Below, in pieces: positions 15,981 through 21,454 of a stretch of 21,454 nucleotides of DNA. Under the pieces are notes generated by a model, which saw only the letters and a program-made list of their open reading frames with translations, did no database searches and was not told where the DNA came from. Made by a program: the position numbers and the translations under genes. Every line of letters begins with the position of its first letter. The first letter of the stretch is position 1. This stretch comes from Candidatus Nanohaloarchaea archaeon (lineage in GTDB: Archaea; Nanohalarchaeota; Nanosalinia; Nanosalinales; Nanosalinaceae). Location of the stretch: NCBI GenBank assembly GCA_042217695.1, contig JBDGSE010000001.1, forward strand, positions 1 through 21,454. Direction: 5' to 3'.

Positions 15981-17093
15981 ATGACAGACCAGCGCATAGA
16001 GGAGTTCGCAGAAGTGCTTGTTGACAGGGCGGCAAAAGTAGAGAAGGGAGACAACGTCTACCTCTCGGCGTATTCCACGGAGGTACTACCGCTTTTCGAC
16101 GAGGTAAGGAGACAGGTGATAGAGAAAGGTGCGTTCCCTCACGAACACCTGATATACGATTCACAGCTGGGAAGAGCAGGGCTGGACTACGACTGGCTGA
16201 AGTACGGCTCAGAGGAACAGCTGAAAACCGTTTCCGAGGCGAAGAAGAAAGAACTCGAGGAGATGGACGTCTACATCTCTATAGGTGGAAGGGACAACGA
16301 AAGAGAACTCAACGGTGTGGAACCTGAAAAGATATCTCTCAGGAAAAGGGAGACAAAGATACTTTCAGAGATGAGAAGCAAGCTGCGCTGGGTGCTCACC
16401 CGTTACCCGACCGACTCGCTGGCCCAGAACGCCGGCATGCCCACCCCGGAATTCGAGGATTTCGTGTTCAGCTCGGTCGTGGACGTGGACTGGGACGAAC
16501 TCGAGGAGAGGAATCAGGAGATCAAGCAGGTGTTCGACGAGGCCGACGAGGTAAGGATAGTCTCCGAGGGAACCGACCTCACCATGAGCCTCGAAAATCG
16601 GGACGGCATCGCGGCAAACGGCAACCACAACATCCCTGACGGAGAGGTCTTCTACGCTCCCCGCCGCGAGTCTCTGGAGGGTCACATCGAGTTCACATAC
16701 CCCGGAGTGAAGCAGGGCAACGAGGTCCGCGGCGTAAGACTGGAGTTCGAAGACGGGAAAGTGGTCGACTACAGCGCGGAGACCAACGAGGACTACCTCC
16801 GCGAGCAGTTAGAGACCGATGAAGGCTCAAAATACATAGGCGAACTCGGGATAGGAACCAACAGACAGATAGACCGGTTCGTCAACGAGATAGGCTTCGA
16901 CGAGAAGATAGGAGGGACCATACACCTGGCGCTCGGGAAGGCGTTCGACGAATGCGTCGGCGAAGACGAGGAGAAGAACGACTCGGCCATCCACTGGGAC
17001 ATCGTGAAAGACCTCAGAAAACCGGAGGGAGACGGCGGCAAGATAATCGTGGACGGCGAAGTAGTCCAGAAAGACGGCGAATGGGTTTTCTGA
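15981..17093 (+). CDS. Aminopeptidase, M29 (AmpS/PepS) family
   Basis: NIPDGEVF.AP, GELGIG.N, FDEKIGGT.HLALG, N.SAIHWD. TATA ATTTAAAT at about 15950. Confidence 0.95.
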   Translation: MTDQRIEEFAEVLVDRAAKVEKGDNVYLSAYSTEVLPLFDEVRRQVIEKGAFPHEHLIYDSQLGRAGLDYDWLKYGSEEQLKTVSEAKKKELEEMDVYISIGGRDNERELNGVEPEKISLRKRETKILSEMRSKLRWVLTRYPTDSLAQNAGMPTPEFEDFVFSSVVDVDWDELEERNQEIKQVFDEADEVRIVSEGTDLTMSLENRDGIAANGNHNIPDGEVFYAPRRESLEGHIEFTYPGVKQGNEVRGVRLEFEDGKVVDYSAETNEDYLREQLETDEGSKYIGELGIGTNRQIDRFVNEIGFDEKIGGTIHLALGKAFDECVGEDEEKNDSAIHWDIVKDLRKPEGDGGKIIVDGEVVQKDGEWVF

Positions 17094-17173
17094 CAGGGCA
17101 CCAGGCGTTGCTCTTCGCAGAGACCTCTGCACGGTAGGGTTGATTTAAAAGTTTTTGAGTATCGAGTAAATGT

Positions 17174-17584
17174 ATGACTACAGTATACGATGTAAAAGCA
17201 GAGCCTCTGATTCAGGAAATCGCTGAAGAACTTGAAGACGAATTCGAGGCCCCTGAATGGACCCGTTACGCCAAGACCGGGGTCCACAAGGAGAGACCTC
17301 CCCAGCAGGACAACTGGTTTTACATCCGGACAGCCGCCATCCTCAGACAGATATATCTTAACGGACCTCTCGGGGTCTCCCGACTGAGGACGCGCTACGG
17401 AGGCAACAGCAACAACGGTCACGCCCCCGAACACCATGGAAAGGCCTCCGGGAAGGTGATCCGGACCGCGCTCCAGGAGCTTGAGGACGCGGGTTACGTC
17501 GAGGAAGAAGAAGGCGAAGGCCGGAAAGTCACAGAGAAGGGTAAAAGCTTCCTGGACCAGAAAGCCGAGACAGTACTTGCTTGA
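17174..17584 (+). CDS. rps19e: 30S ribosomal protein S19e
   Basis: TVYDV, PEW...KTG..KERPP...NW..IR.A.ILR, GP.GV.RLR..YGG, SG..IR..LQ.LE. TATA TTTAAAA at 17144-17150. Confidence 0.98.
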   Translation: MTTVYDVKAEPLIQEIAEELEDEFEAPEWTRYAKTGVHKERPPQQDNWFYIRTAAILRQIYLNGPLGVSRLRTRYGGNSNNGHAPEHHGKASGKVIRTALQELEDAGYVEEEEGEGRKVTEKGKSFLDQKAETVLA

Positions 17585-17588
17585 GACA

Positions 17589-17894
17589 ATGGACGACGAA
17601 GAACTGGAAAAACTCCGGGAAGAGAAACTGGAGGAGATGCAGGAAGGGGAAGAAGAGCGAGAAGACCGCCAGGAACAGGTAAAACAGATGGCGGCTCAGT
17701 ACCTGACGAAGAAGGCCCGGGAAAGGCTCGGGAACATCAGGGCCGCGGACCCGCAGAAGGCCCAGGCACTTGAAACACAGATCGCCAGGCTTGGAAGAGC
17801 GGGCCAGGTCGACAAGGTGACCGACGAACAGCTCAAGGAGATACTTCGGTCGCTCGGGGGAGACAAGGAATCAAATATAAGTTTCAGAAGGTGA
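17589..17894 (+). CDS. PDCD5-like double-stranded DNA-binding protein
   Basis: DEEL..LR...L, LT..ARERL.NI, TDEQLK.IL, C-terminal I.FRR; canonical position after rps19e. Start ATG 17589. Confidence 0.93.
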   Translation: MDDEELEKLREEKLEEMQEGEEEREDRQEQVKQMAAQYLTKKARERLGNIRAADPQKAQALETQIARLGRAGQVDKVTDEQLKEILRSLGGDKESNISFRR

Positions 17895-17904
17895 AAGACA
17901 TACT

Positions 17905-17967
17905 ATGAACGAAATCAAAGATTTAGAGACTCCGTTTACAGGAGACCACGAGGTGAGTATCCAGTGA
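17905..17967 (+). CDS. 20-aa micro-ORF MNEIKDLETPFTGDHEVSIQ
   Basis: AGGTGA SD-like motif at 17889-17894; its TGA overlaps the GTG start of rpl39e (GTGA); acidic composition. Confidence 0.45.
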   Translation: MNEIKDLETPFTGDHEVSIQ

Positions 17968-18137
17968 GTTCCAACAAGTCAAAGGGAAAGAAGAAAAGAC
18001 TGGCAAAGGCCAACAAGACCGCCAAATCCGCCCCGCGCTGGGCTTCTCTCAAGGTCTACGGGATGGACAGGGCAAGGAAGAAATCCCTGAAGCCACGCAA
18101 GGACCGGAACTGGCGTAGAAACGATCTGGACGAATAA
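17964..18137 (+). CDS. rpl39e: 50S ribosomal protein L39e (57 aa, GTG start; absent from ORF track)
   Basis: MSSNKSKGKKKRLAKANKTAKSAPRWASLKVYGMDRARKKSLKPRKDRNWRRNDLDE; GAGGTGA SD at 17950-17956; TAATG coupling to rpl31e. Confidence 0.93.
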   Translation: MSSNKSKGKKKRLAKANKTAKSAPRWASLKVYGMDRARKKSLKPRKDRNWRRNDLDE

Positions 18138-18622
18138 TGACACTTTACACGATCAACCTTTCAAGGGCCCGCATGGCCGGAAGAAACAAGAGAGCCAAGA
18201 AAGCCATGAGCATCCTCCAGGAGGAGCTAGAGGACCGTGAAGGCGACGTATCGATCTCCGGAGAGGTAAACCAGGAGATATGGAAACAGGGTGCAAGCAA
18301 GCCGCCCGCCAAGATACAGGTAGAGGTGGTCGATACCTCCACAGGTAAAAGAGCTGTCCTGCCCGGCGAGGAATACGAGGAAGAACCGGAACCCGAGCCG
18401 GAGCCAGAACCTGAACCAGAAGAAGAGGAAGTCAAGGAAGAAGATACAGAAGAGGCTGAAGAGCCGGAAGCAGACTACGAGGAGATAGTCTCCGGAACTG
18501 TACAGGAGGCCAAGGACGCTTTGAAGGAGATGGAAGACCCGGACTACGAGGCCGCGCTCAAGGCAGAGAAAGAAGGGAAGGACAGGAAGACCCTGAAAGA
18601 GTACCTTGAAGGGAAGCAGTAA
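18137..18622 (+). CDS. rpl31e: 50S ribosomal protein L31e with long acidic linker and C-terminal helical extension
   Basis: YTINL......R..RA.KAM, VN..IW..G...PP.KI.V core; position between rpl39e and eif6. Confidence 0.92.
   Translation: MTLYTINLSRARMAGRNKRAKKAMSILQEELEDREGDVSISGEVNQEIWKQGASKPPAKIQVEVVDTSTGKRAVLPGEEYEEEPEPEPEPEPEPEEEEVKEEDTEEAEEPEADYEEIVSGTVQEAKDALKEMEDPDYEAALKAEKEGKDRKTLKEYLEGKQ
18383..18418 (+). repeat. (Glu-Pro)x6 coding repeat in the L31e linker
   Basis: GAACCG GAACCC GAGCCG GAGCCA GAACCT GAACCA; all four Pro codons are used. Confidence 0.95.
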
Positions 18623-18635
18623 CGAGGTCCTCGAG

Positions 18636-19283
18636 ATGGAGATCAAAAGGTACAACTACCTGGGAAACACGAATATCGGTTTCTACGCCGCTGTAGCAGG
18701 TTCACAGGCTATTTTTCCACCAGAGTTCAAGGAGAAAGAGGGTTTCGAGGCAAGATCTGCAGAGACCTACCTGGCGAAGACCCGTCTGGTAGGTCTTTTC
18801 GCGGCAGGGAACTCCAACTGCGTTCTTGTACCAGACATAGTAACTGAAAGAGAGAGGGAAAAACTTGAGGACTCCGGCATAGACCACCATGTAATAGATT
18901 CCAGAGACACCGCGCTCGGCAACCTGGTTCTTGCAAACGATTCCGGGGCGATAATCAGCGAGAGGCTGGAAGACCACAGGGAAGATATCGAGGACGCCCT
19001 GGAGGTACCTGTGACCGTGGGCTCGATAGCCGGTATACCAACTCCCGGGGCCTGCGGCGTGGCGAACTCTCACGGGGCGTTACTGCACCGGGACGCATCC
19101 GAGGAGGACGCAGAATTCGTGAAGGATGCGCTCGACGTGGAGAACGTCGACATCGGGACGGTAAACATGGGCTCCCCGTATACTGGATCCGGTCTGCTGG
19201 CCAACGACGCGATGATACTGGTCGGAGAGGACACAACCGGACCGGAAACAGGACGTATAGACAGGACGCTCCTGCGGGAGTGA
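18636..19283 (+). CDS. eif6: Translation initiation factor 6 (aIF6)
   Basis: G..NIG, LVG...AGNSN, ALGNL.LAND.GA, ANS.G.L.H, GTVN.GSPY.GSG..AN, VG..TTGPE..RI. Start ATG 18636 after GAGGT. Confidence 0.96.
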   Translation: MEIKRYNYLGNTNIGFYAAVAGSQAIFPPEFKEKEGFEARSAETYLAKTRLVGLFAAGNSNCVLVPDIVTEREREKLEDSGIDHHVIDSRDTALGNLVLANDSGAIISERLEDHREDIEDALEVPVTVGSIAGIPTPGACGVANSHGALLHRDASEEDAEFVKDALDVENVDIGTVNMGSPYTGSGLLANDAMILVGEDTTGPETGRIDRTLLRE

Positions 19284-19332
19284 GTTTTAAAGGAACTTTT
19301 TATTTGAACCAACCGAAAACACAAATGTCGCG

Positions 19333-20190
19333 ATGGATATAACCGTCTCCGAGAAAATACTCCGCTATTTTTTGCCACTGGCGGAGAAGGCAAGGCCGAT
19401 AGTACCCACCCTGGAAGAAGACCTCAGAGGCGCCAGGATGGATCTTGACCCGGAGACGTATCTTGCCTCGGCGATGGCCAGAGCGTTGCAGGTCGGTTTC
19501 TCCGTTGCCGCCTCCATAGTTTTCCTGGGATACATGCTGGACAAGACTCTCTACATGAAGGCGGGAGCCGTCGGTTTCGTACCGCTATCGGCACTTCTCT
19601 TCCTGACCTTTGCCTACCAGCCGAGAGTTAAATCAAACCGGACAGCCCGTCAGCTCGAGAAGAACCTGCCCTTCGCGCTGCGACACATGCTTATCGAGGT
19701 AAAGTCCGGTATATCCCTCTACGAGGCCATGGTGGCCGTAAGCTACGATTACGGCGAGGCATCTGAAGAGTTCAACCGGATAGTCAGCGACATCCAGGGA
19801 GGCAAGTCCCAGATAGAGGCCCTCGAAGAATCCGTGAAACGCAACCCAAGCATAATGTACCGGAGAGCGATATGGCAGATGATAAACGCCCTGAAATCCG
19901 GGGCAAACATAACCGAGACACTGGAGTCTCTCGTGGATTCCATGATCCAGCAACAGAAGCTGGAGGTCGAGAAATACGGGGAAGACCTTAACCCGTTCAT
20001 CCTGATGTACCTGATGATGGCGGTGATATTCCCGTCACTTGGAGTAACACTGATAATCGTGCTCTCATCGTTCACCGGGTTCAAGCTGGACTGGTTCATG
20101 TTCATGATGATACTCGGCGGCCTGGGATTCTTCCAGCTGTTCTTCCTCAACATCGTGAAGACCAAGAGACCCGAGGTGAAGGCGGCATGA
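19333..20190 (+). CDS. Type II/IV secretion system F-domain (TadC/TadB-like) pilus platform protein
   Basis: LPFALRHM....KSG..LYEAM, YG..S.EF..IV..I.GG, PS..YRRA.WQ..N...SG; TM segments. Confidence 0.9.
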   Translation: MDITVSEKILRYFLPLAEKARPIVPTLEEDLRGARMDLDPETYLASAMARALQVGFSVAASIVFLGYMLDKTLYMKAGAVGFVPLSALLFLTFAYQPRVKSNRTARQLEKNLPFALRHMLIEVKSGISLYEAMVAVSYDYGEASEEFNRIVSDIQGGKSQIEALEESVKRNPSIMYRRAIWQMINALKSGANITETLESLVDSMIQQQKLEVEKYGEDLNPFILMYLMMAVIFPSLGVTLIIVLSSFTGFKLDWFMFMMILGGLGFFQLFFLNIVKTKRPEVKAA

Positions 20191-21179
20191 ACCTGAAGAC
20201 CGTCTACGAACAGTTCCCGCAGCGTTACAGGGAGATGGTGAAGACCGAGGCTAACTACGCCGCCATGGAGAACTACGAACGCCGGGTCGTGACAGGGATG
20301 TTGCTCACGGCGGTCACCGTCATTGCAGGCACCTACCTGTTCGTGCCCTGGAGCTGGAAACTGCAGATCGCCATCGGGGTACTCGGAACTATAGTCGCGA
20401 CACCCGCGATACCGTACCTGTACGTATCACTGGCCGCTGAACGCCGAAAGAGCGAGATGGAACGTATACTGCCGGACGCACTGAACCTGATAAGCGCCAA
20501 CATGAAGTCAGGCCACACCATAGAGAAGGCATTCCTGCTGAGCGCGAGGGACGAGTTCGGGCCGCTGGCAGAAGAACTGAGGACCACCGCGATGCAGATG
20601 TACGGCGGGACCCCGGTCGACGAGGCGCTGGTCAACATGCGGAAACGCGTCAAGTCGGAGCTGTTCCAGGAGACACTGAAACTCCTGGTGGACGGCATAG
20701 AAGCCGGTGGAAACACCTCGGAGCTTCTCCAGTCCTCCGCCGAAGACATAAGGAGTTCGCTAGAGATCAGGGACGAGATAAAGTCCAGCATCCGGATGTA
20801 CATGGTCTTCATCGTGATGGCGGCGGTGTTCGGGGCGCCGATCCTGTTCTCCATCAGTGTCTACATGGCCAACACCACTACCACGATGTGGAGACAGAGC
20901 GGCATGGGAAGCGGAGAACAGCTGAGCCGGGGGATGAGCCGTGTCGGCGGCGGCTTCAACCTCCAGTTCCAGGCACCCCAGGTAAACCTCCACGCATTCG
21001 AACAGTTCGCCATGATGGCCATCCTGATGACCAACATCTTCTCCGCGCTGATAATATCAGAGATCCAGAACGGCAACATAAAGGAAGGGGCGAAGTACGT
21101 CCCCGTGTTCGCCGCGGTATCGCTCGCACTGTTCATCTTTGTCCGGCAGGCACTGGCAACCGCACTGGGAAGCTTCTGA
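20187..21179 (+). CDS. Second T2SS-F domain (TadB/TadC-like) pilus platform protein
   Basis: LPDAL.LI..N..SG.T...A...SAR.EFG.L..E, L......GG....LL...AED; ATGA overlap with the preceding gene. Confidence 0.9.
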   Translation: MNLKTVYEQFPQRYREMVKTEANYAAMENYERRVVTGMLLTAVTVIAGTYLFVPWSWKLQIAIGVLGTIVATPAIPYLYVSLAAERRKSEMERILPDALNLISANMKSGHTIEKAFLLSARDEFGPLAEELRTTAMQMYGGTPVDEALVNMRKRVKSELFQETLKLLVDGIEAGGNTSELLQSSAEDIRSSLEIRDEIKSSIRMYMVFIVMAAVFGAPILFSISVYMANTTTTMWRQSGMGSGEQLSRGMSRVGGGFNLQFQAPQVNLHAFEQFAMMAILMTNIFSALIISEIQNGNIKEGAKYVPVFAAVSLALFIFVRQALATALGSF

Positions 21180-21267
21180 CCCGGAAGAAATTGGAAAGAA
21201 GTACAGGTATCGAGCCCGCCTCAATTGTTCCTACGGCCCGATAAATACTTTATTCAGGGTTTTAGAA

Positions 21268-21307
21268 GAAAAGGTTTTTTATAAGCCCTAAGCCAAATTA
21301 GGCTTAG
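21268..21307 (+). promoter_or_regulatory. BRE/TATA promoter of the pilin gene with adjacent perfect palindrome
   Basis: GAAAA then TTTTTTATAA (21275-21284); CTAAGCC-aaatta-GGCTTAG (21288-21307); GGTGA SD at 21311-21315. Confidence 0.65.
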
Positions 21308-21324
21308 TTGGGTGAAAAACCTCA

Positions 21325-21454
21325 ATGAAAACAGAGACAAACATGAGTCGGTTCACTAAGAGAAAAGGTCAGTCCGCTATCGAGTACCTGATGACCTATG
21401 GATGGATGCTTCTCGTTGTAGCTATCGTAGGAGGAGCAATTTTCGCAACCGTCC
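21325..21454 (+). CDS. Type IV pilin-like protein with class III signal peptide (partial, runs off window)
   Basis: MKTETNMSRFTKRKG/QSAIEYLMTYGWMLLVVAIVGGAIFATV: basic tail, KG|Q cleavage site, E at +5, hydrophobic helix. Alternative start at 21343. Confidence 0.9.
   Translation, partial: MKTETNMSRFTKRKGQSAIEYLMTYGWMLLVVAIVGGAIFATV

Noticed and set aside
1..21454. Transposase, integrase or provirus
   Set aside because: No ORF with recognisable DDE, HUH, tyrosine/serine recombinase or virion motifs in the window.

Overview
Compact, gene-dense archaeal chromosomal segment with a strongly Glu/Asp-rich proteome. TATA boxes sit about 28-30 nt upstream of most start codons, and there is a GQSAIEYLMTYGW-type prepilin. 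Together these most resemble a halophilic DPANN archaeon (Nanohaloarchaeota-like; inference). In order, the window holds: the 3' part of a tRNA-Gly (probably intron-interrupted) followed by a hairpin-rich array re-using the tRNA 3' end; a PEBP/YbhB gene; a hypothetical; pepF; an orphan aGPT-Pplase1-type HhH protein of the DNA-hypermodification family; a small acidic protein; and a minus-strand operon (two GT4 glycosyltransferases, DUF2070, DUF2391-like, DUF59) divergent from rnp4 / UPF0104 flippase-like / TrmG10. Next come a 60-aa ORF with a PIP-like motif, rnz, a structured 200-bp gap, trm56, a frameshifted Yip1-like gene, bacterial-type thrS and an M29 aminopeptidase. The window ends with rps19e, PDCD5, a 20-aa micro-ORF, rpl39e, an extended rpl31e, eif6, two TadB/TadC platform genes and the start of a type IV pilin. 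Best candidates for undescribed biology: (1) a putative lipid-remodelling module (ceramidase-like hydrolase, two glycolipid-synthase-like GT4s and a flippase-like protein); (2) the stand-alone aGPT-Pplase1 gene, bracketed by two genes sharing a small unannotated domain; (3) the nested tRNA-end/hairpin array; (4) several microproteins and an ncRNA candidate. All family calls come from motif recognition by eye; no searches were run.
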